From: Candidatus Caldarchaeales archaeon
GTDB taxonomy: Archaea > Thermoproteota > Nitrososphaeria_A > Caldarchaeales > Wolframiiraptoraceae
DNA length: 64,000 bases
Reading direction: 5' to 3'
Assembly (NCBI GenBank): GCA_039630055.1
Contig: JBCNVN010000004.1
Location: 11,076-75,075 of the forward strand
The translations under genes and the position numbers were made by a program. Shown piece by piece: positions 17,370 through 27,077 of the stretch. The notes under the pieces are model-generated. The model saw only the letters and a program-made list of their open reading frames with translations. It was not told where the DNA came from and searched no databases. The first letter of the stretch is position 1. The number at the start of each line of letters is the position of its first letter.

Positions 17370-17663
17370 CTATCCTCCACCTATGATCTCTACCAAGTCT
17401 ATTACGTCAATCGATATACTGTCATTCTCTCTGAGCGGTGTCTCAACCCCCTTCAAAAGCTTGATACTATGCCCATTAACCAAGACCATTAAATTATCCC
17501 TCAACCTACCTTCATGATACAATGTCTTCGTAAAATCTTCTCCCAAGATTCTTGAAATATCTTCTATCAGCTCTCTAACATTTTTGGGGGTCTTGTCCAG
17601 TATGATCTCATCCCGGTTAGCAATCTCTTTTAATCTAGAGTATAATCTAACTCTAATACCCAT
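17370..17663 (-). CDS. MoaD/ThiS-family beta-grasp (ubiquitin-like) protein ending in Gly-Gly-Gly
   Basis: From the internal ATG at 17663 the protein reads MGIRVRLYSRLKEIANRDEIILDKTPKNVRELIEDI...LMVLVNGHSIKLLKGVETPLRENDSISIDVIDLVEIIGGG-stop. The track ORF extends to 17756, but that would overlap the upstream gene by 46 nt. Confidence 0.65.
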   Translation of the reverse strand: MGIRVRLYSRLKEIANRDEIILDKTPKNVRELIEDISRILGEDFTKTLYHEGRLRDNLMVLVNGHSIKLLKGVETPLRENDSISIDVIDLVEIIGGG

Positions 17664-17710
17664 CTCATATTTTTGATATAGATGACCAGCATAAATATTT
17701 TCTATCGCTA

Positions 17711-18640
17711 CTATGAAAGACCTGTAATTAGGTTTATCAGCTTCTCGGTAAGACATGTATTCTTTACATAGTCTAGGAAGGATGATAAGCCGGTCAATAC
17801 TCCTAAAGTTATATCTAAACCAGAAGTATGTCCTCTTCTCGCAAGATTGAGGATCGAGTCTATAAAAACTCCTTCATCTCTTGAAGCTATAGAATACAGT
17901 AATTGATGTAAGTGCTCATCATAAAAACCATCTTCTGCATATTTTAAAAACATTGCACTCTCCCAACTAGTATGGCTAAAGAGAAATTCATCATCTAGCA
18001 TTATCTTGGGAATTTGGAATTCTTCACCTATTATATTTAAGAAGCTGATGAATCCGATCAAGAAATCATCGCCTGAGGGTGTGAATCCACCACCTACACC
18101 GATGAGATCCCTATAATTTTCAACTTTCCTTAATGGTTCCAAGTCTCCCCTCGAAAATGGATAGACTACTTCTATCAAGAATCTTCTCAACTGCTCTATC
18201 TCTAAGATAGGTATAATGCTAGAAGGTATCGAGTAAAGGATGATTATAGTGTTCAATCCTTTAATAAACATTTTCTCGTATATCTTCTCTCGGAGATCGT
18301 CTAGATGATTGATATTTCCAATCGGTAGAGATGAGTATCGCTGAGCATTCCTTAAATCGATCTCGATTCTTCCAATCCTAATTTTACTCTCTTCAATATC
18401 AATACGATCTCGTAGTTCGATTTGTAGGTAGAATGGTGTTTCGAGAGTTTTTTGAGAAATGTTTATGGTGTATGGAGACCGGACATTCTTCTGTGTTATT
18501 ATTATCATATCTCTACATACTTTAACGTATATCGTATTAGCGAATATATGATGGATTGAAAACTCACCATAATAATTATCTAAAATCTCTATAGCCTTCT
18601 CTCCAATACTTGATGCATATAATTTATATCCCATACTCAT
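17711..18640 (-). CDS. DUF2877-like protein (YlbF/AllH-like)
   Basis: The motifs DLIGVGGGFTPSGDDFLIGF and RRGHTSGLDITLG match my recollection of the DUF2877 signature. There is a 17-nt overlap with the upstream DUF1116 gene. Confidence 0.6.
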   Translation of the reverse strand: MSMGYKLYASSIGEKAIEILDNYYGEFSIHHIFANTIYVKVCRDMIIITQKNVRSPYTINISQKTLETPFYLQIELRDRIDIEESKIRIGRIEIDLRNAQRYSSLPIGNINHLDDLREKIYEKMFIKGLNTIIILYSIPSSIIPILEIEQLRRFLIEVVYPFSRGDLEPLRKVENYRDLIGVGGGFTPSGDDFLIGFISFLNIIGEEFQIPKIMLDDEFLFSHTSWESAMFLKYAEDGFYDEHLHQLLYSIASRDEGVFIDSILNLARRGHTSGLDITLGVLTGLSSFLDYVKNTCLTEKLINLITGLS

Positions 18641-19892
18641 CTACATATGCTTCGAACGCGCTCTTGAATACTTCGAATGGAAAGGAAACTATGCCCGCGC
18701 CTATCTGGCCTACCCCTGCCTCCTTATGAGCTATACCTGTATTGATTGTAGGGACTATCCCAGTCTTTAAAATCTTTCTGATATCTATTCCAGTAGGGGT
18801 TCCCTGAAAGTTCAGGTAAGGTATCTGGAAATACTTATGCTTAGTATAAGTAATCTCATACATCTTATTTGTTATCTCGATAGCCATCTGGACGCTTCCA
18901 CCTACCCATGAGACGATCGCTGGAGCTGCTGCCATAGCAAATCCTCCGAACCCCGCGGTCTCGGTGATCGAGCTGTCCCCTAAGTCAGGGTTAGCATCTG
19001 ACTCTGAGTATCCTGGAAACCATACTCCCTTAGGGATTGGAGCAGGAGAGGTGAACCATCTACTACCTAACCCACTAACCCATATCCCAGTCTCGGTTCC
19101 ATTTCTAGACATAACCGTTACTATTGTGCTATACTTGATGTTGTGAGCGGTTAAAGTCATCGCCTTCGCAGCCGCCATCCCCAAGTTCAAAGTTGTAAAA
19201 TTGTTTCCAGCTAGGAAACTGTATACTTCTCTTATCGTCTGTATGTTGAATCCTGTGTTGATCATGTATGGGGTCATCTCTTTTAAGAGGAGGGCCGTGG
19301 CCGCGTTGTACCTATTATGGCAGTCATCACCCATCTGTAATGCTTGCGTTATGATGCTCTTCAAAGATACTCCACCTTTATCTTTTACTATCTCTCTTAT
19401 CGTTGCTTGGAGGAGGGGTGCAACAGTCGACTCAATCCATCTAAGCCTATCTATTACATCACTACTATAAGCTCCATATCTTAGAACTTTCCCTATCCCT
19501 TCATTAAAATTGGTATATGTTCTATTCCCATATTTTTTATCATATACTTCGTATATAGGCATTCTTGGAGATATGATCCCTGACATTGGTCCGACAGCAT
19601 AGTGAATATGAGTAGGTTCTAGAGTGACTTGACCAGATTTAACAAGCTTCTCAGCTTCTTCGGGGGTATCCGCCCATCCCTCATATATTATAGCACCTAT
19701 TACCGCACCCTTCATAGGTCCGCTGGCCTTCTCCCATTTTAGAGGTGGACCAGCATGGAGAAGTAGATAGTCTTTCATCCCAGGTATCTTTTCTTTTGCT
19801 GTACCTACATCAACCCATACGGGATCAGACTCCATCATTCTTTCAACAGCTTCTCTATTAGCCTTCTCAATCTCATCTTTTATCATAGACAT
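18624..19892 (-). CDS. DUF1116-family protein (YlbE/AllG-like)
   Basis: The segment LLLHAGPPLKWEKASGPMKGAVIGAIIYEGWADTPEEAEKL closely parallels the E. coli YlbE N-terminal region as I recall it. Confidence 0.75.
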   Translation of the reverse strand: MSMIKDEIEKANREAVERMMESDPVWVDVGTAKEKIPGMKDYLLLHAGPPLKWEKASGPMKGAVIGAIIYEGWADTPEEAEKLVKSGQVTLEPTHIHYAVGPMSGIISPRMPIYEVYDKKYGNRTYTNFNEGIGKVLRYGAYSSDVIDRLRWIESTVAPLLQATIREIVKDKGGVSLKSIITQALQMGDDCHNRYNAATALLLKEMTPYMINTGFNIQTIREVYSFLAGNNFTTLNLGMAAAKAMTLTAHNIKYSTIVTVMSRNGTETGIWVSGLGSRWFTSPAPIPKGVWFPGYSESDANPDLGDSSITETAGFGGFAMAAAPAIVSWVGGSVQMAIEITNKMYEITYTKHKYFQIPYLNFQGTPTGIDIRKILKTGIVPTINTGIAHKEAGVGQIGAGIVSFPFEVFKSAFEAYVDEYGI

Positions 19893-20057
19893 ATTTGATC
19901 AACTTTTTAGAAAGCTCAGCTATTAAAAAACCTTGATCATGTAGCAATAGAGTGAAGAGTATAATAGAGAGACCCTACTAAAGCTTTTGATCTGATAGAT
20001 TCTCTATATATGGAAATGTTTTAAGATTGTTCTTCGAATCCTATGGTATGGTGAAGA

Positions 20058-20987
20058 GTGATGGTGGGTGCTGTTATCATGAAGAAGAGAGGCGAGACTT
20101 CTAGACTTCTACGTGAAGAACTGGAGAGGAAGGGGATAATAGTTACACCCGGAGTATTCAATCCTTTATCTGCGATGCTTGCAGAGAAGATGGGGTTTAG
20201 AGCAGTATATATCTCGGGGGCAGCTATAACAGCTTCGCTCGGCCTACCGGATATCGGCTTGATAACTATGGATGAGATGGTTAGAATGGTCAAGTATATT
20301 ACAGATGCTGTTGATATACCTGTTATAGTTGATGCAGATACTGGATATGGTGAGGCTTTAAACGTGGTTAGAGCTGTTGGAGAATTTGAGAAGGTAGGGG
20401 CGGCAGCTATACAGATAGAAGATCAGATTCTTCCAAAGAAGTGTGGACATCTCTCTGGTAAAAAGCTTATAGAGCCGATAGATATGGCTAAGAAGATTAG
20501 GGCTGCAGTAGATGCAAGAAAGAATCCAGATCTCGTAATTATTGCTAGAACAGATGCTAGAGGTGTGAACGGTTTTGAAGATGCTGTAGAGAGGGCGAAG
20601 ATTTATCTAGAAGCTGGAGCGGACGTCATCTTTCCAGAGGCATTAGAGTCTGAAGAAGAGTTTATAGAGTTCGCTGAGAGGATAGACAGCCCCCTTCTAG
20701 CTAACATGACCGAGTTCGGCAAGTCTCCAATAATATCCTATAAGAGATTGGAAGAGATAGGATACAAGTTCGTCATCTATCCTGTAACTTTGCTGAGGCT
20801 TGCCATGGCCGCTATCAGAGAAGGTTTAACAACCTTGATAGAAGATGGATCCCAAGAGAAGATGATCTCGAAGATGTTCACTCGGAAAGAACTGTATGAA
20901 CTAATCCACTATGATGAATATGAAGATTTTGATAAAAGAGTATCTGAAGAAGTTGAGGCAAAGGTTGGTAGAGTATGGATAAGATAA
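20058..20987 (+). CDS. prpB: Methylisocitrate lyase / PEP-mutase superfamily protein
   Basis: Motifs VTPGVFNPLSAMLAEKMGFRAVYISGAA, VDADTGYGEALN and IEDQILPKKCGHLSGK. The true start may be the ATG at 20079 (MKKRGETS). Confidence 0.85.
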   Translation: MMVGAVIMKKRGETSRLLREELERKGIIVTPGVFNPLSAMLAEKMGFRAVYISGAAITASLGLPDIGLITMDEMVRMVKYITDAVDIPVIVDADTGYGEALNVVRAVGEFEKVGAAAIQIEDQILPKKCGHLSGKKLIEPIDMAKKIRAAVDARKNPDLVIIARTDARGVNGFEDAVERAKIYLEAGADVIFPEALESEEEFIEFAERIDSPLLANMTEFGKSPIISYKRLEEIGYKFVIYPVTLLRLAMAAIREGLTTLIEDGSQEKMISKMFTRKELYELIHYDEYEDFDKRVSEEVEAKVGRVWIR

Positions 20988-22336
20988 CTCGAATCTTAGC
21001 AGCATATGCTTATGATATAGATTACGGGAAGCTAGCCTCGGAGACGATCCACGAGGTTAAGAGGAGGATAATAGATTCTCTCGGAGTGGCTTTTGCTGCT
21101 TACTATTCTGAGCCAGTCATCAAGAGCCGTAGACTTGCATCACTATACTCTACAGAAAGAGGTGGACGTATAATAGGCACTAGATATAGGGTTTCACCCG
21201 ACTGGGCTTCATTCATAGATGGGATAATGATAAGATACCATGATTACAATGATACGTATCTATCTAAAGAGCCTCTACATCCTAGTGATATGATCGCTGC
21301 CGCATTCGGTCTAGGAGATACATTAAATTCTTCAGGAATGGACATAATTACAAGCATAGCTATCGGCTACGAGATAGCTGTAACCCTTTGTGATGCTGGA
21401 AGCTTAAGGAGGAGAGGATGGGATCATGTAAACTTTCTAGGAATAGGTAGTAACATTCTCTCATGTAAACTTTTAGGATTAGACCTAGAAAAGATACAAC
21501 ATTCTCTCTCCATATATGTCGTCCCCCACGCTTCGATGAGGCAGACTAGGGTTGGAGAACTCAGCATGTGGAAAGGGTCTGCCGCGGCGAACTCGACTAG
21601 AAACGCTGTATTCAGCGCTTTAATTGCAAGAGAAGGATTTACAGGTCCCTTCAAACCATTTGAGGGAGAGATGGGCTTCATAAAACAGCTCCTACAAGGG
21701 GATTTCGATATGAAGGCATTCACATCATTAGAGGATAAGAAGACTCCCCTGAGGATCCTCGATACTTACATAAAGAAGTATCCGGTAGAATATCATGCTC
21801 AAACAGCTGTAGATGCAGCTTTGAAGCTGAGAGAGCAGGTTCACGTAAAAGATATAGAGAAGATCTTGATAGAGACCTTTCAGGCAGCTTACGATATTAT
21901 TGGTCCTAAAGATCCTGAGAAATGGGATCCTCACACTAAAGAGACCGCAGACCATTCTTTAATGTGGATAGTGGCCGCTACTCTAGCATGGGGAAACATT
22001 ACGATCGAAAAGTATCAAGATATAAGAAATCCCCAAGTACTCTCTTTGATGAAGCTTATGGAGGTCAAGGTTGACCCAGAGATAGATGAGAAGTATCCAA
22101 GATCCTTTCCAAATAGGATAACGATAAAAACCAGAGATGGGAGGAGATTTACAGAAGAGGTAGAGTATGCTAGAGGACATCCAAAAAATCCTATGTCAGA
22201 TGAAGAAGTTGAGAAAAAATTCAATGAGCTAACAGAGAATATTATTCCAAGAGATCAGAGGAGGAGATTGTTGGAAAAAATCTGGAGACTGGAAAATTAC
22301 AATATAGAAGAGATCATTGATGATACAGTAATATAG
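20975..22336 (+). CDS. prpD: MmgE/PrpD-family 2-methylcitrate dehydratase
   Basis: 453 aa. It overlaps prpB by 13 nt. It has typical PrpD-family segments (RIIDSLGVAFAA..., HPSDMIAAAF, ADHSLMW). Confidence 0.8.
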   Translation: MDKITRILAAYAYDIDYGKLASETIHEVKRRIIDSLGVAFAAYYSEPVIKSRRLASLYSTERGGRIIGTRYRVSPDWASFIDGIMIRYHDYNDTYLSKEPLHPSDMIAAAFGLGDTLNSSGMDIITSIAIGYEIAVTLCDAGSLRRRGWDHVNFLGIGSNILSCKLLGLDLEKIQHSLSIYVVPHASMRQTRVGELSMWKGSAAANSTRNAVFSALIAREGFTGPFKPFEGEMGFIKQLLQGDFDMKAFTSLEDKKTPLRILDTYIKKYPVEYHAQTAVDAALKLREQVHVKDIEKILIETFQAAYDIIGPKDPEKWDPHTKETADHSLMWIVAATLAWGNITIEKYQDIRNPQVLSLMKLMEVKVDPEIDEKYPRSFPNRITIKTRDGRRFTEEVEYARGHPKNPMSDEEVEKKFNELTENIIPRDQRRRLLEKIWRLENYNIEEIIDDTVI

Positions 22337-22693
22337 ATTCTATGCTATTGAGTGATCTTAAAATAAAATATGGGATAAGCTTGAAGATACGCTGGAGAAA
22401 GAGCACATTTCTCCATTCAGATACTGTTGAGAAGTGGAAGACTCTACTTTGCTTAGATGAGAGAGTTAATTTCTCAATATTAAGAATAAGAGGTTAAGAC
22501 TATAGTCGATCTTAAATTTAGTTGATGAAAATGGCCTAGTTTAAAATTTGATCAATGTGATGAGGATTCTTGACAATAGATAAAAGAAGCTTCCAGATTA
22601 GAGACGTAGACATTAAAAGAGCTCTATATTTTTTCCTGATATATGACCTATCCTTAAATACATCTTACATTTTAAGAGTGTCTGTGAGCGTGA

Positions 22694-24277
22694 ATGGGTG
22701 AGAAAGCTCATAGAACTATTGAAGAGTTGATTAATGAACTAAACGATATGAGGAGGAAGGCTTTAATCGGTGGAGGACTGGAAGCTATAGAGAAACAGCA
22801 TCAAGCTGGAAAATTAACGGCCAGAGAGAGGATTAACATATTGTTGGACAAAGATAGCTTCATAGAATTAGATGCCTTCATGATGCATCGAGCCACCGAA
22901 TTCGGGATGGATAAGAGAAAAGTTTTAGGAGATGGAATAGTTACTGGTCTCGGAAGAATAGATGGTAGATTGGTCGCTGTCTTCGCTCAAGATGCTACTT
23001 TTATGGGAGGCTCAATAGGAGAAGTACATGCCAACAAGATCTCTAGAACACTCGACCGAGCAATGGAGCTAGGGATACCAATAATAGCTTTAAACGATTC
23101 TGGGGGTGCACGGATTCAAGAAGGTGTTACATCACTTCATGCCATAGGAGAATATTTTGCAAGAAATGTTAGAGCGTCAGGAGTAATCCCTCAAATTACT
23201 GTAATGATGGGGCCGTGTGCAGGTGGTGCTGTATATTCGCCAGCACTCGGAGACTTCATAATAATGGTAGAAAAGACTAGCTACATGTTTATCACGGGGC
23301 CACGAGTGGTAAAAGCCGTAATGGGTGAAGATGTTTCTTTCGAGGAGCTAGGTGGACCATACGTTCATGCACAAACTTCTGGGGTGGCTGATTTCATCGT
23401 ACCAAACGATGTTGAAGCCTTGAATCTTGTGAGGAGACTGATATCCTATCTTCCATCGAATAGTCTTGAAGAGCCGCCGATAATAGACGTCGGAGACCCT
23501 GCAGATAGAATAAATGAAGAATTAAATTATATCGTACCCTCCGATCCGAAGAAAAGCTATGACGTGAAAGAATTGATAAATCTGGTCTTTGATAAGGATA
23601 GTTTCCTAGAGGTTAAGAGAGATTTCGCACCGAATGTTGTAGTAGGTTTTGCAAGGCTTGCCGGAATATCTGTAGGAGTTGTAGCGAACCAGCCAGCTTC
23701 ACTGGCAGGCGTCCTAGATATAGATTCTTCTGATAAGATCGCTCGATTCGTAAGATTCTGCGACTGCTTTAATATCCCACTTATAACCTTCGTCGATGTT
23801 CCTGGATACCTACCTGGAACTAGACAAGAACATGGAGGAATAATCAGACATGGAGCCAAAGTAATATATGCTTATGTCGAGGCCACGGTTCCGAAGATCT
23901 CAGTCATAGTTAGGAAAGCATATGGTGGAGCCTATATAGCGATGTGCAGTAAAAGTTTGGGGGCTGACATGGTCTTCGCCTATCCCACTGCTGAGATAGC
24001 GGTCATGGGACCCGAGGGGGCAGTAGAAATAATATATAGAAAGGAGATCGATTCTGCTAAACCAGAGGAGAGGGAGGATATTATATCTAGGCTGATTAGA
24101 GAGTATAGATTAAAGTTTGCAAATCCATACATAGCTGCGAGCTATGGATACATCAACATGGTAATCGAGCCTAAGGAGACTAGACCGATGCTTGCCAAAG
24201 CTTTAAAGATGCTTATGAATGGTAAGAGAACACTTGTATCTAGGCTTCCGAAGAAACATGGAAACATGCCATTATGA
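22694..24277 (+). CDS. mmdA: Methylmalonyl-CoA carboxyltransferase (decarboxylase alpha subunit / acyl-CoA carboxylase beta-type)
   Basis: 527 aa with GKLTARERINILLD, FAQDATFMGGSIG, DSGGARIQEG and FVDVPGYLPG. Confidence 0.9.
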   Translation: MGEKAHRTIEELINELNDMRRKALIGGGLEAIEKQHQAGKLTARERINILLDKDSFIELDAFMMHRATEFGMDKRKVLGDGIVTGLGRIDGRLVAVFAQDATFMGGSIGEVHANKISRTLDRAMELGIPIIALNDSGGARIQEGVTSLHAIGEYFARNVRASGVIPQITVMMGPCAGGAVYSPALGDFIIMVEKTSYMFITGPRVVKAVMGEDVSFEELGGPYVHAQTSGVADFIVPNDVEALNLVRRLISYLPSNSLEEPPIIDVGDPADRINEELNYIVPSDPKKSYDVKELINLVFDKDSFLEVKRDFAPNVVVGFARLAGISVGVVANQPASLAGVLDIDSSDKIARFVRFCDCFNIPLITFVDVPGYLPGTRQEHGGIIRHGAKVIYAYVEATVPKISVIVRKAYGGAYIAMCSKSLGADMVFAYPTAEIAVMGPEGAVEIIYRKEIDSAKPEEREDIISRLIREYRLKFANPYIAASYGYINMVIEPKETRPMLAKALKMLMNGKRTLVSRLPKKHGNMPL

Positions 24278-25375
24278 TCCGAGAAACTGTGGTAGAAGAG
24301 ATAGTACGACGGCTCCAGCTATGACAGATGTTATCTGACCACCTGTATTTGTTGCTATCGTATGCATCAGTATCCAGTTATCTGGATCTTCTTGACGAGC
24401 GATTAAATGAGCTGTCCTCGCGGCCATGGGGAATGCTGAGATACCTGTAGCTCCAATCAAAGGGTTTATCTTTCCTCCAGTTAGATAGTATGCTAGCTTT
24501 GCTGCTAGTAGCCCGAAAGATATGTCCGTTATGAAGGCTATGACTCCGAGCCCGAAGACCATAAGGGTTGAGAGATTTATGAATTTCTCTGCAAGCATGG
24601 TTCCACCAATACTCAAACCTAGTAATAGAGTCACAATATTCGATAGTTCATTCTGGGCAGATTTTGACAGCCTCTCCACTACACCACACTCTTTTAAGAA
24701 GTTTCCAAACATCAAGGCCCCTATCAAAGGTAACCCTTTCGGAGCTATCAAACCTATTACGATCGTTACAATTATTGGGAAGATGACTTTTAATGTTTTA
24801 GGGTATCTTCCCGGCTTATAATACATTCGGGCTCGTCGCTCTCTTCTACTTAAAAGTAGCTTTGAGATTGGTACGAGGAGCAGCGGGGCGATAGAGATAT
24901 ACATGTAGGCTGAGACAGCTATAGGTCCAAGTAAATCCTTTGCATATTTAGAGGCTACATATATTGCTGTCGGCCCATCCATGGCGCCTATTACGCCTAT
25001 ACTGGCGGCTCTCTCAGGTGTGAACCCTAGGGCCAAAGCTAAGGTGATTGTTAGGGGTATCCCTATCTGTGCAGGGATGGTCATAAGAAGAACCCATGGC
25101 ATCTCAAAAAGGGGGCCGAAGTCTATCATGGCTCCAATACCGATGAAGATGAGGATTGGGAATATCTCTGTAAGTATACCGTAATCGTAAAGATATCTGA
25201 TGAATCCTCCGACCTCCATCAACTCTCCGTATGGTATGTTTACTAAGACTGCTCCAAACCCTATCGGGATCAAGAGTAGAGGTTCATACCCTTTCTTAAC
25301 CGCTAAGTAGATGAGTACAAACCCGACAGCAATCATAATTATATTGCCTGCATGTCCCAGTAAAAACTCCATCAT
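24272..25375 (-). CDS. mmdB: Na+-translocating decarboxylase beta subunit (OadB/MmdB/GcdB family)
   Basis: 367-aa polytopic membrane protein with IGAMDGPTAIY and GISAFPMAAR-type segments. Its 3' end overlaps mmdA by 6 nt in convergent orientation. Confidence 0.85.
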   Translation of the reverse strand: MMEFLLGHAGNIIMIAVGFVLIYLAVKKGYEPLLLIPIGFGAVLVNIPYGELMEVGGFIRYLYDYGILTEIFPILIFIGIGAMIDFGPLFEMPWVLLMTIPAQIGIPLTITLALALGFTPERAASIGVIGAMDGPTAIYVASKYAKDLLGPIAVSAYMYISIAPLLLVPISKLLLSRRERRARMYYKPGRYPKTLKVIFPIIVTIVIGLIAPKGLPLIGALMFGNFLKECGVVERLSKSAQNELSNIVTLLLGLSIGGTMLAEKFINLSTLMVFGLGVIAFITDISFGLLAAKLAYYLTGGKINPLIGATGISAFPMAARTAHLIARQEDPDNWILMHTIATNTGGQITSVIAGAVVLSLLPQFLGS

Positions 25376-25384
25376 TAATCCACC

Positions 25385-25792
25385 CTACTCAATCTCTATT
25401 AAACTATCGCCTGCATTAACAGAAGCTCCTTCTTGAACATATATCCGCTTCACTCTACCAGATGTAGGAGAATATATCATATTCTCCATCTTCATACTCT
25501 CCAATACTATTACAGGATCTCCAGCTTTAACCGGATCACCTTCCCTACATTTTATCGATACTATAGTTCCGGGGATCGGTGCCCTCACCAGACCTCGTGC
25601 TTTTACTGTCTCAACCCTTGCCTCTGGAATAGGAGTTGGAGATATTCTCTTTTCCTCTCGTTGGGTTGGAATAACTGTAGGTGGAGGTGTCATAGCTACT
25701 TCTTCTACGCCAACCTCCTCAACCTCAACTTCGAATACTTTACCTTCTACTGTCACTCGGAACCTTCTCTTCAATTCAATGCACCTCTCCAT
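25385..25792 (-). CDS. mmdC: Biotin carboxyl carrier subunit (decarboxylase gamma subunit)
   Basis: A Pro/Thr-rich linker is followed by a biotinyl domain with the VLESMKMEN biotinylation motif. Confidence 0.8.
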   Translation of the reverse strand: MERCIELKRRFRVTVEGKVFEVEVEEVGVEEVAMTPPPTVIPTQREEKRISPTPIPEARVETVKARGLVRAPIPGTIVSIKCREGDPVKAGDPVIVLESMKMENMIYSPTSGRVKRIYVQEGASVNAGDSLIEIE

Positions 25793-26108
25793 CCCGTAAA
25801 GAATTTAGGATACTTGAAATCTTCCATATTGATGGAGGAGTTGGTGAGCCCTCTTTTATATGAACAGTTTTTGTAGTCTGAGATAAAGATGCGATTACAG
25901 CGCTAATTCCTGCGATTACTTCAAGGCTTTCTCCGACGATCTTCTTTACTTCGATTTCAGGTTTTTCTTTGATTTCTACCGGTCTATGATATGTGGATCG
26001 TCGAAGTAGATAGATCATTATTAGTAGGATAAGGACCCCTCCTGATACGTATAGCAGCCAGTTCAAGGTAAAGACTAGACTTAAATCGATATAATTAGTT
26101 GAGACCAC
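25776..26108 (-). CDS. Small membrane subunit of the decarboxylase (OadG/MmdD-like), tentative
   Basis: GTG start and a single N-terminal TM helix (LLYVSGGVLILLIMIYLL). It overlaps the carrier gene by 17 nt. The assignment rests on position and topology. Confidence 0.4.
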   Translation of the reverse strand: MVSTNYIDLSLVFTLNWLLYVSGGVLILLIMIYLLRRSTYHRPVEIKEKPEIEVKKIVGESLEVIAGISAVIASLSQTTKTVHIKEGSPTPPSIWKISSILNSLRDGEVH

Positions 26109-26309
26109 GTAATGAATGAAAAAGACGTTCTATTTTAGTATTGCATATATTGGGATTCAATCTTCTATGTACTCATTAGAGGCGAACTTTAGCAGTCCAC
26201 TTCTATTCAAGGTTCCAACATATTCAAGAGATAATAACATAGTATATGGAAGAATAAGATTCATATATGAATTTTACATTAATACATTAATAACAATAAA
26301 TGATCTTAA

Positions 26310-27077
26310 ATGTATGAAAACGTGATGGAAGAAGTAGGATTAAGAGATTCAAAGATCTATTTTTACGACGTTGTCAATTCCACTCAAGACTTAGCAAAAA
26401 GTCTCGGGTCGGTTGAAGAATTCACCGTGGTGGTAGCTAGAGAGCAACGCAGAGGTCGAGGGAGGATGGGGAGAGAATGGTACTCTCCTCTAGGTGGCCT
26501 ATGGTTTACGATAATCCTATACCCTAAAACGCCTATCTCAACTTATGCCATCCTTTCCTTATTAAGCTCATTATCGGTAGTCAGAACAATTGAAGACGTT
26601 ACTGGACTTAAACCTTATATTAAGTGGCCAAATGACGTATATTTGAATGGAAAGAAGGTTGCAGGAGTACTTGTAGAGTCAGATGTTATTGGAGAACTGA
26701 TGATGAAAGCTTTTGTCGGGATAGGAGTGAACCTGAATTTTCGAATAGAATCAATACCTGAAAGACTTAGAGAAAGTGCAACAACAATCTTTGAAGAATA
26801 TGGCAAGATGGTAGATACTGGAACCTTCTTATTAAAAATCCTACAAGAGTTAAAGAAGTATTATGGAGTATATAGAATCGGTTCCCATCAAAGATTAATC
26901 GAAGAGGTAAAGAGTAAGATGAACATGATTGGAAGAAAGGTCATAGTCTCTCTGGGTCATAGAGAATTGGTGGGCATGGTGAGAGACCTTGAGATGAATG
27001 GAAACCTAATCATCGAATCTTCAAATGTAAAGAATATTTTAAATCCCTCAGAGATCAAAAGACTAGAACTTATCTAG
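26310..27077 (+). CDS. birA: Biotin-[acetyl-CoA-carboxylase] ligase
   Basis: Motifs QRRGRGRMGREWYSPLGG (GRGRxGR) and KWPNDVYLNGKKVAGVL. Confidence 0.85.
   Translation: MYENVMEEVGLRDSKIYFYDVVNSTQDLAKSLGSVEEFTVVVAREQRRGRGRMGREWYSPLGGLWFTIILYPKTPISTYAILSLLSSLSVVRTIEDVTGLKPYIKWPNDVYLNGKKVAGVLVESDVIGELMMKAFVGIGVNLNFRIESIPERLRESATTIFEEYGKMVDTGTFLLKILQELKKYYGVYRIGSHQRLIEEVKSKMNMIGRKVIVSLGHRELVGMVRDLEMNGNLIIESSNVKNILNPSEIKRLELI

Noticed and set aside
22522-22639. A possible C/D-box sRNA in the 357-bp prpD-mmdA spacer. It has TGATGA at 22523, GTGATGA at 22557 and CTGA at 22636.
   Set aside because: The box spacing does not fit the archaeal C-12nt-D'/C'-12nt-D layout. No CTGA lies ~12 nt after either C-like box, and the C-to-D distance is 83 nt. 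No terminal stem is present.
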